This document shows, piece after piece, positions 1 to 14,341 of a stretch of 64,000 bases of DNA. The stretch's first letter is position 1, and every line of letters begins with the position of its first letter. The notes under the pieces were generated by a model, which worked only from the letters and a program-made list of their open reading frames with translations, was not told the DNA's origin and searched no databases. Position numbers and translations under genes: made by a program. Origin of the DNA: Pseudovirgaria hyperparasitica (Eukaryota); NCBI GenBank assembly GCA_010093815.1, contig ML996574.1; one strand, given 5' to 3'.

Positions 1-201
1 AAGATTGAACAAGGTTGGTAGGTCTTGGGCTTGGTGAGGAGTGGTCGACCACCAGAATTTCAGAACCAGTAACATCTACTCGCAAGACACTGGCTGTCTC
101 GAGTGGTAAATTTTGCTGATGTTGAATACTCTGTGGCGTATGACTGTCGAAACGGTTTGATCCGTTGTTGTGCGGCTACGAAGCTTACATTCACAGTACT
201 A

Positions 202-1854
<1,653 letters not shown>

Positions 1855-3076
1855 CGTGACAAGTCTAGGAAGTCGCGGAACGATTTCAGGAGGTAGCCTT
1901 GTGTAGGTTCGCGGTGAGCTGAATATAGTATTAAGTCGTGATGTTAAGCGTAACAACAGTGGCCCTACAGATCCGATGAAGGAATGTGTAGAGTACGGCC
2001 GTGTAAACGTTAAGATCAAGAAGTGGCAGAGAGTGAAACCTTGTGCCGGAAGTTGAAAACTAAAAGCTCTGTAATGACCTCTTCTTCAGGGAAAGACCGA
2101 AGAAACGAAAGAAGTCAAAAGAGAGAGCCTTAAAGAAACTGTGGCAAGGGAAACAAATTTAGTATCCGGGGGAGAATATTGGAGAGGTGGGTTGTGTGTA
2201 GAGAGAAGGAGTTGGTGGTCGAGAATTTGAGAAAGCAGATTTTGCGGCGAGGAGGCGACGCAGACCCGCAACGCTAGCGCGAAGTAGCCAGACCGCCATT
2301 ACATCCTTGCAAGATCTACACCTGCGTCACAGTAAGCGCTGCGACCCTACGAGTCTACTATCTATGACTATCTAGATCGCAGTGTCGCAGGATTTAATGA
2401 CCACACTGCTCTTAATAGATAGCAAGAGATGCGTCCACCGAGATCTAGTTGCCTCATAGCACGGGGAATGTGCTTTCGCCGTTATCAAGATCACGCTCTA
2501 CGATTTCCGAGGCTGAAGAACCTGCGAGGTGCTTGATTCCAACGCAGACCGGCGAAGGCTTCCAGTATTTTATTATGCACTCTGTATCTCGTGATATTTT
2601 TGAACCAATGACCAGACCTTCTTGAAGATACAGTCAGGACGGCATAGAAATCAACCTAAGCTTACGATCAACCTGTTTCGTTTAGACGAGATTGGTGATT
2701 TTCACACGTCTCTGGTCAATTTCTTGTAGTTTGAGACCGCAGTATACACGGACCGAACGTAATAATGGTAATATCTAAGCAATGTGTAGAGTATGCGTGA
2801 CAAAATGAATGCTTAGGGTGCTTATCATGCCTGAGGCTGCAAAGTCCTGATTCGCTAAGTGGTTGAAGCTTACGTTCCAGCCGCGTCGCAATGACCTGAG
2901 TTAACGGGCGCCGATGAATTCACCTGCACCTCGTCTACCTCTACTCTACCTGCGCATCTCAACGTTTCATCTTCATTAAGTCTGTCCAAACACACGATCC
3001 GCTTCCAAGTATACCACTCTCATGAAAGCCATCTCAATTCTCAACTTGCTTGCGGTGCCCTTACCGGAATAGTAAT

Positions 3077-5789
3077 ATGGACATCAAAGACATGGTGGAC
3101 ACACCAGCGGACAGTCCGAGTCCGCGGCGTGACAGTCAAGCCGTCACCACCGCTGAACCGTCCGGCGAATCGCGCCCTCACCCCAGGTCTGTCAAGACTG
3201 AGGCTGCTGGACAGTTGGATGAAGACATGGACGATGATGTAGAGAAGACAGGTTCCGCTAAGGGCGATGATGCACCAATGTACACAGCAACGACAACGAC
3301 GACGCGTCGCAATGCGAACGGTAGCGTATCATCCGTATATTCCGGCAATAAGATTAGACATTTGAAGAAGGAGGACGGCGTACCACTTTGGAGGAAAGAT
3401 ATTCAATACGATTTCCTTCGCCTCGTCTTTGAGGATGACAAGAGAGTCTTTCACAAAGCGTCGGATGGTAGTGGTGGCCACACTTTCGCCGATATCTATC
3501 TGGACGCCATGGCCAAGAGCAGCAAATGTAGCAAGATACTCAAGGACAAGCTCTTGACCGAGAGAGGCGCAGCAATCAACATGGCCATGGTCTGCTTACT
3601 GGTCAACGTAGGCAGGATGAACACAACCCTGAATTGTAAAGTCACAGACGATGTGTGAGAGCGTAAGCTGACCTCCTATAGTCTTTCCTGAAATGCGCGC
3701 GCAACTCAGAACCTACCATGCGATTCCTTCATTGCAAGCACATCAAGACCCGAACGCGTACAAACAACTACAAGATGCTCCACGCCTCAAATCAATACTC
3801 AAGGGAGCGACAGAGGATACAGAGCAACCAAGCACTGTCGAAGACATCAAGTCGCACCGAATCCCCCGCACGAACCCTGTTAATCTAATATTTGTTCTTG
3901 CGCAGTATGCCCCGAAGATCTCTGAACTCCATTTTGTTCCTCCTCGGGATTTCTTCGATTTGGTCATGAGAGAGACACTGAGCAGTCGCAGTAGAGCCAC
4001 AGCGTTCTTGTGGCTGATGTGGTGGTATCTCGAGAGCAATTTTAGCAAAGAAGATGCAGAAAACAATCCGTTTGGTCCAGGATTACCAGGATCAGACGGA
4101 GATTCTACAAATGGCCTCCCGATCAAGTGCCCAGCTTTTGTAACAATGACCCCTGAAGAAGTGGAGCAAGAGAACGTGGACACACAAGAAGAAAAGGACT
4201 TTGGCTGGCGTAAGAAGGAAGAACGGAAGCGTGAGTTGCCTTTAAAACACTGTGCACATCGTTGCTGATAACAGATAGAAATTCTCGCGAGTGACATGGC
4301 TCCCGTTGTAACCGGCCCTAAGAGAGCTAATAAGAAAGGTAATTATGATTTCTATCCTGCTTTTGTAACGTTGCTCGCGCAAGCGAGAGTGTATGCAGAG
4401 CTCATGCCGCTCAGATGGGGCTACCGTATTGTATCACAACCTTGCGAGATATCATGCGCTTCGATTTGATGTCGCTCCAGGTCTATGCGAGCTGCTGGCT
4501 GAAGGAGCTCCTACCCAGCAAGCGCTTCAGCTATTTCAACATTTCTGTTTCTGCGAGTGTGGCACGGTCTACTAACACGCTTCCGTAGTATACAATCAAA
4601 ATCCTGTCTTCTCAGTCAACGATGCCGAAACAGCTTCCCCAGGTCGAGAATTCCAGTCGCCGATACCGAACAGTAAGTATATCTGTCACAATATGACATC
4701 CGATTGTGTGCTAACGAGGTCGCAGGTCGTGGATCGCGTCTCAAAATACATAAACTTGCCCCCGACTACAACTCTGACACGGACCGGACGCGATCTGTTA
4801 GCCCTCCAGCTTCCCACTCGAAGTCTCAGCAGAACATGAACATTAACACGCTCCTCAACGATGACACCCCGGCTGCCACGCCTCCGACTGTTCCAGCGAG
4901 GAAAGGGCCCGGACGTGGCAATTGGGCCCGCAATCGGAACCCCAACATGGAGAAGAATCGCGGGTACGACCCTCACAATCGTACGTTCAAATCGCGAAAT
5001 CTTCCACAGGACTCTGACAGTACAGCTATGGGCGGACCACATGGGTTCTACCTGCCATTGAACGGGGCTGAGCCGGCGACGAAGCGATCGCGGCCCATCA
5101 CAGCGCATCAAGCGGCGGTAGAGAAGTATCGTAAAGAACGTGTTGCGTACATTCTCGACACTCGATTGCGGAAACACTACGCTCTCGCGCGCAAGCATCG
5201 ATCTAGGGATGGTGCTATGGCGCGTGCATGGTTGCGGTGCAAGATGATGACGGAGGGCTACGACACAGACGACGACATGGTGGCACAATCGGAACGTGAA
5301 CGAGCGGAACTACAGTCCATGGACCGGAACGAGCCGTCAGGAGGGCGTGTTCGTGCACCACCGCCAACGTTTGTGGGGCTACTCCCAATGCCCCTTGAAC
5401 CGGATGATTACGGTGAGGAAGCACACTCTAGACTCAGCGTGATGCGCAAAGCAGGTCGCCGCATGGAACGCTGGGAAGAGGGTCTGGATGTGCCCACGCA
5501 CAAGCAAGCATCTCGACGGCTCGAGGCAGAGAGACGACACGAAGAGGAGATGGAAGAATATGGTGACGACGATGGAGTAGGTCGACCCCGTGCTGGAGCT
5601 TATGACAGAAGCAGTCCGGTCAGAGACGAGATGGACGAAGACGGAGGCGACGATGAGGCGGACGAGGAGCTTGACGATGAGGACCGCGAGATGCTTGGCG
5701 AGATTGACGATGTTGGCAGCAGTGACGAGGATGAGGAAGCGGATGTAGACGAGGGAGAGACGATGGTTGGCGTGGAAGTTACAGGCTGA
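3077..5789 (+). CDS. IES1: INO80 chromatin-remodelling complex subunit Ies1-like
   Basis: Conserved KIRHLKKEDGVPLWRKDIQY, NVGRMNTTLN/FFPEMRAQLRTYH, LQDAPRLKSILK and FLWLMWWYLE; ORF segments are joined by GT-AG introns (~3636-3681, ~4231-4278, ~4339-4589, ~4674-4725); acidic tail. Confidence 0.85.
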
Positions 5790-7464
5790 TGGCTGGCGTC
5801 TCTTGCGTACGAGATTTGAAACTCATGGTCATGGTGGGTCGGTCACTGGAGGCATCGGTATTCACATGAGGTATTCGCGACGATAAGATGGATGCTTGGT
5901 TAGGGCTGGGGCTCCTGTTCTAGGTAGGCAGAGGTGGTTGTATCAACATCTTGTGCGATGTGCATCGTGCAACTTTTCTCGAAGAGGTGCTAGCGTCCTA
6001 AACTCTCCATAGCAACGGATATCCCATCTCGTCCGAGAGTTGGGCCTTGAAGCCAGCAATAAATTGATGAACGGACTCGGACGAATGCGCGGACCGGGCT
6101 GGCCGGTTTGTAGGATGAATAACCTTGGAGGAGGCTTGCAGCGGACGACAAGCCCGGTCACGTGCGATGCTATGCCTGATGCCTGATGCATGATGCACCC
6201 TGCCTGCTTGCCCGGTCTGAAACTATCGGCGTGCAGGGCGGGCCGATCTACCGACAGCAAGCGAGGTAGGGCTCGCCAATATTCCACAACTAGTTAGCTG
6301 CTGTTCGAGCCCCTTTATCCGTGCACCTATGTGGTCGATTTGACTCGGCCGAGTACCGCCGAGGGTCACCTAATCATTTTAGTTGTCGACTTATTAGGTG
6401 GCATGTCCAAATATGCCCATGTGGCTCTCTATACTTTGTGAAAGAATTGCCTATATGTTGTACTTGGACCACGCCACAACCACGGTTGCAACAACACACA
6501 GAGCGTGCTCGCATCATGGCACTGGATTTGTATTAGTTCAAGTGCGGGTGAGTCATGAGAGCTACATACCTGGTACCTAATCAGGTAACTATTTATTCCA
6601 ATGACGCGTCGGCGCCTTTTCCATCAGCCTTGCGGAAACTTGACGAAGCCCCGTGTGGCTTTTGTCAAAGGCTGCCGAAACGGTGCAATTTGGCCGTGCG
6701 TGCGGCAACTTTACTATTGTTATGCAGCGTGTTATTGGCTTTTTCTGCAATCGCGTGGTGCTGGATGTGTTTGATCCGACCGGATTCTACTCGCGCGCTC
6801 AAAACCCGCCCGGGCTGGTCTAAGACTCTCTGGCTGAATGGTGAATGCTTGCTGATGGTCTACAACTAGGTAGTGGCAGTTGGATCTAATGTGCCCTCGC
6901 TGTTTGCTCCAATCGTATCCATGACTTACTCGGGTAAGAATGGAGACGTAGCCAATGCCCGTCCCGCTTATCTTCGTCCGGAATCATGAATCATCGTCCA
7001 TCGTGTATGGGCCATGGTCCATCATCCATCGTGCGTGCGGCGATATGCATAGCGAACGAACCACAGGCATCGCCTGGAGGATCGCGTGCGGACCTGGAGG
7101 AGATCTGACAAGACCCTTTTCCATTCCGGAACCCACATAACAATAACGGCAGCGTTGTATTCGTGCGTCGCCGTGTTGCAGGCTCGATCCTAAAATTGCA
7201 ACTGCGACTGCTCACTAGTTCTCTTTTTTCCCGTGTCTCGTCCATACGGAGTGTATATAGTCTCCTGGCCCTGCGCGCTGATGCTGCCTGGCTCTGTTTC
7301 GATTCACTCCAGCCAAGCTTCTCTCTCAAGCCTTTAAGCTCTTAAGCTCTATAGCTCCGAACCCAGCGTCGTGCTAGATTGCTCTCAAGGGTCTCTGCAC
7401 CCTCAATCTGGATCCCGGTCACTATCACGACTATCCCACCCAGGGCTCGCTCCCCGTCGCAAAA

Positions 7465-9256
7465 ATGTCAAACAATCTTGCCCCCTCCGCAAGCACCCAC
7501 TCCAACGACGAAGCTGCCACCGACTGCGAGAAGTCTGCCGTCAACTCAGTCTTCGATCAGAAAGATGTCCCATCCGAAAACGCATCGAACCATGCCGTCG
7601 AGGAAAAGTTGGCTGCCGAAGCAATCACCGGTGTCTCGGCCGATGCCTTGACTGAGGACGATATGGTATATCCAAAGGCATGGAAACTGGTCCTGATCTC
7701 CATTGCTCTGTGTCTAGCCGTCTTCTGCATGGCCCTCGACAACACTATCATATCCACCGCAATTCCTCGAATAACCGTTCAATTCGATTCACTTGGCGAC
7801 GTCGGCTGGTACGGCAGTGCCTATCTTCTCACAACATGTTGTTTCCAGCTCATGTTTGGCAAGCTTGTAAGTACTCTACTCTTGCAATGACCGTACCATC
7901 TGCTCACAATATGCTCAGTATACCTTCTACTCCGTCAAATGGGTCTTCATGATTGCTCTATTCATCTTCGAACTCGGTTCGCTGATATGTGGTGTGGCTC
8001 CCAGCAGTGTGGCCCTGATTGTTGGTCGCGCAATTGCTGGAATCGGATCTGCTGGCCTCTTCTCGGGCGCAATCTTGATCATTGCCATCAGTGTACCCTT
8101 GAGGCAACGTGCAGCCTACACTGGTCTAATAGGAGCTATGTATGGTCTGGCATCCGTTGCCGGTCCTCTGCTCGGTGGTGCATTCACCGACCATCTGAGC
8201 TGGAGATGGTGCTTCTACATCAATCTTCCCTTTGGAGGCGTCACCGCACTATTCCTGCTCATCTTCTACACTGAGCCAAAACGCCCCAAGGTGGCTGCTG
8301 GAAGCGGTATCATGGCCAAGATCAACCAAATGGATCCAATCGGTTTTGCCTTCTTCGCACCCGGCATCATCTGTGTACTCCTCGCTCTGCAATGGGGTGG
8401 CTCAAAATACGAATGGAGCAACGGCAGAATCATTGCCTTGTTCGTACTGTTTGGCGTCCTCATCATCGGCTTCATTGTCGTGCAGTTTTGGAAACAAGAC
8501 AGAGCCACCGTGCCCCCTAGAATCCTCAAAGACCGCAATGTGTGGGGTAGCGCAGTGTTCGGTGCCTGTCTAGGTGCCGCTTTCTTTGTCATGGTATACT
8601 GGATTCCTATCTGGTTCCAGGCAGTCAAAGGCTCTTCTGCCACTCGCTCTGGAATCATGAACATCCCAATGGTCCTCGGTGTCGTCGCCATGAGCCTAAT
8701 CTGCGGTGGCCTCGTCACCGCCACCGGCTACTACACCCCCTTCATCTATGCCTCCGTCGTCTTCATGTCAGTTGGTGCCGGCCTACTCACAACCTTCGAG
8801 GTTGACACCGGCTCCTCCAAATGGATCGGATATCAAGTCATATTCGGCTTCGGCGTCGGCATGGGCATGCAAATGACCCTCATGTGCGTGCAAACCGCGC
8901 TCCCTCTCGAGGACGTCCCAATCGGCACCGCCATCGTCATGTTCACCCAGATTCTCGGCGGCGCCCTCTTCATCGCCGTCGCCCAAAACGTCTTCAACAA
9001 CCAGCTCGTCAAGAATCTCCTCACCATCGTCCCCGACGTCAATCCTGCTGATGTCATCAGTGCTGGCGCGACTGGTCTCAAGGACAACGCTGTTCTTGCT
9101 CCTTACCTCGATGGCGTTCTCGTCGCGTATAATGATGCTCTGACGCAGACGTTTTATGTCCCCGTTGCTATGGCTTGCTTGTCTGTTGTCGGTGCTGCTG
9201 TCATTCAGTGGAAGTCGATGAAGGGCAAGCCCATGGGTGCCGCGCATGCTGTCTGA
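7465..9256 (+). CDS. MFS drug:H+ antiporter (DHA2, 14-TM) toxin/drug efflux pump
   Basis: [60 protein letters not shown]; one intron 7867-7918. Confidence 0.93.
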
Positions 9257-9633
9257 GCTGCTGGGCGCTGTGGTTTGGTGTCCGATTCGCGTATATACCC
9301 AGTATAAATACTTCGTAATGATGGCACGGCCGTGAAAAAATCGTTTGGATAGACCCGCTGTTATAATTGTAGTATATATAGACTACCGATACAATGGTAT
9401 ACCTTCTCTCCAACATTGTTTATGTGTGTGAACGGTTTAGATCATTGTGACACATTCGAAATGGTTCCATTAAGTAGTGCCTCTCACGTGGTAAAAACAG
9501 CGAGTGTAGTAATATGGTGTAAAGTTGGTTGCGTAACCACGCAGTCCGAGAACCGGCAGTGAGGTGTACTTATGTAAATGGCTCGACCCAATGTATATAT
9601 AACTCTTGATTTTGTCTAAAGGTCCAAGACTAT

Positions 9634-9851
9634 CTACGCAAGGCTCTTCTCCTTCAAACCATCCGGAGACTGAGATTCCTTCCTCGTCTTGACAAACATG
9701 ACGACAACAGCCACGACGCCGCCAAGGAAAAGGAGTTTCTGAAGCGTAGAGAGTCCGCTAGTAAGACTCGAGGAGCTGCCGGTAAGCTTGTCGAGACTGT
9801 CAGACAGGGAGTCTGCATCGAGCGTCGAATCGGCGGCCTTGTCGGCAAGAT
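9634..9851 (-). CDS. cypB: Alternative terminal exon of cyclophilin B (Ser-rich linker + transmembrane helix + short cytosolic tail)
   Basis: Internal donor G|GTATCC at 10023 joins in frame to acceptor TTTCAAG| at 9852 (branch-like GCTGAT ~9873-9878), giving DLADKAADST...QKLLFLGGVVAVVVMFVKTRK...KEKSLA*. Confidence 0.8.
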
Positions 9852-10003
9852 CTTGAAAGAAAACAAGGCAGCATCAGCATTTCCCCACACAACCACACAC
9901 ACGCACACAGACGACTCGCGGAGAAAGAGGAGGACAGGTAAGTAGCAGAGAGAGAGACAGAGAGAGAAGACTGCGGTGTGCGGAAAATTTTTGTTTGAGT
10001 TTT

Positions 10004-10938
10004 TCACAACTCCTTGTGGATACCTTCGTCTGGTACTTCCAACTCGCCACTCTTCTTGATCTTGACCGTCTTGGCGGGCTTGTCGCCGGCGCCCTTCTCG
10101 ACGTTCTCGATCTTCTCGACTATCTCGTAGCCCTCGAGCACCTCGCCGAACACGACGTGGCGTCCGTCGAGCCAGGATGTCACCACTGTCGTGATGAAGA
10201 ACTGGCTGCCGTTGGTGTCTTTGCCGGCGTTGGCCATGCCTGTGTATCGTGTTAGTCGCTGGTGCTAACATCCTCCTGGCGCGAAAAGGGGAGGTGGGCA
10301 GCGAGATAACTTACTGAGAAGACCCTTGCGGGTGTGCTTTAGCTTGAAGTTCTCGTCGGCGAACTTCTCGCCGTAAATGGACTTGCCACCGGTGCCTGTG
10401 CGGATATTAATATTGCGGCAAAATGCAACACATGGGGACGTGGGCATGTCATCGTACCATCGCCCTTTGTGAAGTCTCCACCTTGGATCATGAATTGCTT
10501 GATGACACGGTGGAACGTCGAGCCCTCATATCCATAACCCTTCTCACCAGTAGCCAGGGCGCTGTTGTATAACGTCAGATGAATGTCGTCGAAGAAAGAA
10601 TGTTGGAATGTTTACCGGAAGTTCTCTGCTGTCTGCACATGCGTGTTAGCTGGTGAAAATAGAAGCCTGCATCGTCTTCACTACGTACCTTGGGGACAGT
10701 CTTGCCGTAAAGACCAATTACAACGCGGCCAAGATCTTCCTCGCCATGCTGGATGTCGAAGTAAACCTGCGTCTTGTTAGAAACATGCCTGCGTAGCAGT
10801 GTGGAAGAGCTTTGTGTGTCTGTGTACCTTGTGGGTGATCTTAGGACCCTTGGTAGCTTCAGCAGTCTGCGCAAAGAACACAAATGCAAAGGTCAAAATG
10901 ACCATAAGCGAGATCGCGATCCTCTGTATGGTATTCAT
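10004..10938 (-). CDS. cypB: ER cyclophilin B (peptidyl-prolyl cis-trans isomerase), soluble isoform ending HKEL
   Basis: Signal peptide [28 protein letters not shown], then [67 protein letters not shown]-terminal HKEL ER-retention signal; multiple short introns. Confidence 0.95.
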
Positions 10939-11196
10939 GGTGATCTACAGAGTCTGTTGTAAAACGAGTTGGGGAAAGACTTCGAGTATTCGCAGACGTC
11001 TGCGGTTGAAGGCGTGGGCCGCTTAAAGCCATGGTGGCAGGATGGTTGGCTGTCGGAGGCCCTAGCTTCAGTCCCATCCCGCACGTGCATCTATGGCGGT
11101 CCGGATTTCTCGCGACGTCGGTGGAAGTTAAAGCCCATTGAGGACACCACTCTGGATGTACCACGGCCTAGACAGTAACAAGTCCCCTGCCTCAAG

Positions 11197-11712
11197 ATGG
11201 TGAGTGAGAGGTTCGCATGCTGAGAACAATGATGCTGACTACAATAGGTGTTGCTCGCAGGCATCAACATGGACGGCGCGCAGCTCGCCAAGGTACGACT
11301 TCTGCACTCCAATGCCAAAATAAAGTGCATCGCTAAAGCCACGCAGCTAGCTCTCCAATCATTCTATGGCATCGGGCCCTCGGTATCGCAGAAACTGCTC
11401 GCGCGAAACTACATCCATCCATTGGCAAAGCTATCCTCTCTGCAGGACAAGCAGCTCGAGAGCCTGAACAACGCACTCGCCAGCATGAAGATCGAGAACG
11501 ACTTGAGGCGTGAGATACGAGGCAATATAGCGCGGCTAAGAGATCTGGGCACGTATAGAGGCAGGAGACATGCTATGGGTCTACCGGTGAGAGGACAAAG
11601 GACGCGGTGCCAGGTATGTGGACGATCCGGCGGTGGATTTTTTGACATACGCTAAATGTCACGATAGAATTCAAGTGCTACGAAGCTCAACAAGGTTGAT
11701 CGTAGAGGCTAA
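11197..11712 (+). CDS. SWS2: Mitochondrial ribosomal protein uS13m (Sws2)
   Basis: Exons 11197-11199 (ATG only), 11248-11292, 11347-11613, 11668-11712; LQSFYGIG, IARLRDLGTYRGRRHAMGLPVRGQRT S13 signature. Confidence 0.92.
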
Positions 11713-12253
11713 ATACAGAAATGCGTCTGTAATGGTTGAATGTAGACAAGGAACAGGGAACCTATACGTATTCCATGCTGTGGAATATCGCATACATATA
11801 TCGGGCGTTCTGTAAAATGTGATGTACAATACTGTATGCTTATACGAAGGGCTGATATTACCCACGAGGCAATAAAAGCTTATGGAGGACGGGACGCTGA
11901 AGTCCGGGCTGTTGAATAAGTTGGAAGGTCAGTTTGACTGTTAGAGAGCCAGCTTCTCGGATGGACCATGGGCACAGAATTGGTACTGGCCAAAGTTCGA
12001 TATTTAAATAGTATGTATTTTCCAGCGAATACGTGCATGTTGGCTGCCATGTCACGCACCTATGCGATGTCCGAGTGATTCATCACTCTTGTAGTCTTTG
12101 ATTGGTATCCTCTCGTCCCTCCCACTGGGTTTCAGCTGGATTATGCAATTGCCCATCTTGTCCTCCAGCTCTGTGCGTATATTTTGTGTGTGTCTCCCCC
12201 ATATTCCTTGTTCCGATTAACGTCAAGTTGTGCAATATTGGTAGCCGTTAAGA

Positions 12254-12606
12254 TCACGAGTCGGCAGAGATGTACATGACTGTATTTGTCAGTGTCTCGT
12301 GCAAGCACATTCTTCTCATGGTTGCCCACCGTTGTTGCCTCTCAAAAATGCGTCGCCATAATTGCGCCGAGGTTTGCCATCGACTATTTCCTTGCACTGC
12401 TCGAGCGCGATGTTCATATAGCCATCGACAGATTGAAGGTCACCTGTCTGGTATGAGCCAATGTTCCAAACTGACATCAGGCTAACCTGGCATAGCTACT
12501 GACCTTTGTAGACGATGCCAGAATTCAGCTTAACCGTGACTGGAGCGCCAAGCATACTGCTCAAAAAGGTGGAGGGGTCGGTCTGGGGATCAGCGCCGTT
12601 TTCCAT
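12254..12606 (-). CDS. LSM6: U6 snRNA-associated Sm-like protein Lsm6 (80 aa; absent from ORF track)
   Basis: Exons 12606-12504, 12443-12330, 12279-12254 splice to MENGADPQTDPSTFLSSMLGAPVTVKLNSGIVYKGDLQSVDGYMNIALEQCKEIVDGKPRRNYGDAFLRGNNVMYISADS (Sm1 DGYMN, Sm2 RGNN). Confidence 0.95.
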
Positions 12607-12885
12607 GGTCGTAGAGTGCTTGAATGGAGAGGTCAGATAAATGTCGCGTGGCTGCTAGTGTTCCTGTTGTTGATATTGCGGAGAGCGGAGCGGAGGTACC
12701 AATGTGGGGTTACTCGTAGTAGACAGGTTTAGGCGACTTTTATTGTATCCCAAGCTCTGAATTGCACGCAAGGTCGCGAGCTTCTGGCCACAAACAAAGG
12801 CACGTACTTGGGTTCTAATATGGATATGACGAGCGCGAGTCTTTTAAAGCTGCCTCACCGTACTAAACATCAGTAGCGACCTTTC

Positions 12886-14341
12886 ATGATGCCTGAAGAA
12901 CCCCCGAAACCGCGAAAACGCATCTTTATCAAGAAGTCAAGCCTGCAAAATGCAGCAAAGAAGCACACCGATATACCAAAGAATCCCAGTCGCCACGATG
13001 GCACTTGTAGTGCTATCGCAGAAGAATCAATAAGCAAAGGTGAAGAGCAGGAAGCGCTCGCAAAGCTCGAGAATTTGGAGAGCGAACGCGTAGCGAAGAG
13101 AAAACAAGTGAGCGCTGAGCCTCAATCGCCGGCAGCAAACAAAAGAGCAACTCCGTGCGTGTGACTCCCTGTACCCAGTATCAACAGAACACTGACACAT
13201 TTCAGAAGTAGCATTGATAGCCCTAGTCGGAACACAAGGAGCAGCACTCGAGTGACACCGACACTATCTCCTGGGAAACATAAGCTCTCTACCCATCCGA
13301 AGTCACCTTCTCCACGATATAACGCTTTGTTGAATCAAGGGAGTCATTCCGCAAAACCTGCTCCCGAGATAGTGACCCTTGATGATTCTTCATCCTCCCA
13401 CAACGACGATGATAATGACGATGGCGATGGCGACATGGATGTACATAACCATAGGCCTTCAAAGACCCCAAGAGACACTTCGAACCTACAGGGAAGTAGA
13501 GCAATCTTGGCACAGGATCAACGGCAACGCGCAGACAGCTATTCGTGGACGAATAGACTTGACGGCGACCACAGCGACGACAGTGATGCTGGTCCAGTGA
13601 TCAAAGATGATGCCAAGAACATTTCTCAGGATAGCGCGAAGTACCCATCGCCAACAAGACCGTATGTGTTAGAGGAGCCGCAACCTCCTCTACCTGATCC
13701 AATAGTTGAGGTTCTGGTCGAGTGTCACATACCTAACTTTGAGCAGCGCGTGCCAGCGTTTGACGGCATACCTGTGAATTTCAAAATCCGATATTCCATG
13801 CCATTCAGAAAAGTGCGCGAAAAGTGGATTGCCATGTACAATGTCCCTCCAGAGATTGTTGACGATCTTATATTGTCTCATAATAATGTGAAGCTTTGGA
13901 ATGCAACCACCGCGAGATCTCTTGGGGTCACGCTTGAGAACGTTGAAGACTGGGGCAAAATTGCACTTGAAATGACCACGCAGGACCTTTTGCGGAAAGC
14001 CGAAGAAGATAGGCTCAGGCCGGATGTGCACGCTCCAGCTGCGCCCAAGGCCCGCCAACCATCGATCAATTTGACTCTACAAGGAAAGGGATATGAAGAT
14101 GTCAAATTAAAGGTGTACAACGTAGGTCGAACGACTATGAAGTCTATGTGACGACTGCTTACTCCATGCATAGGATACTCTAGTTGCTAAAATCATTGGG
14201 GCATGTCGAAGACGATGGCAAATTCCAGCCGACAAGGAAATCACAATCATGCTTGATGGCGAGCCTCTCTCGCCTCAAGTCGTGGTTAAGGATACAGAGA
14301 TTGAAGGTCCAGAGCAGCAATTGGACGTGTATATCAAGTAG
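12886..14341 (+). CDS. Rad60/Esc2-family SUMO-like domain protein
   Basis: Disordered N-terminus followed by two ubiquitin/SUMO-like segments (FKIRYSMPFRKVREKW; INLTLQGKGYEDVKLKV...LDGEPLSPQVVVKDTEIE...LDVYIK*); introns ~13155-13205 and ~14122-14173. Confidence 0.72.

Noticed and set aside
1855..2019. In-frame upstream extension of DED1
   Set aside because: No ATG and 5'-UTR-like composition; near-cognate initiation cannot be supported without Ribo-seq.
6269..6312. GTTCGAGCCC B-box-like motif with a GGGCTCG/CGAGCCC stem (tRNA?)
   Set aside because: No D-arm, anticodon arm or A-box; only a simple hairpin.
7465..9256. MFS pump as a marker of a secondary-metabolite cluster
   Set aside because: Neighbours are housekeeping genes; no PKS, NRPS, terpene synthase or tailoring enzymes in the window.
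9654..10271. 205-aa minus ORF overlapping cypB 3' end
   Set aside because: Out of frame with both cypB terminal exons and runs through low-complexity intron sequence.
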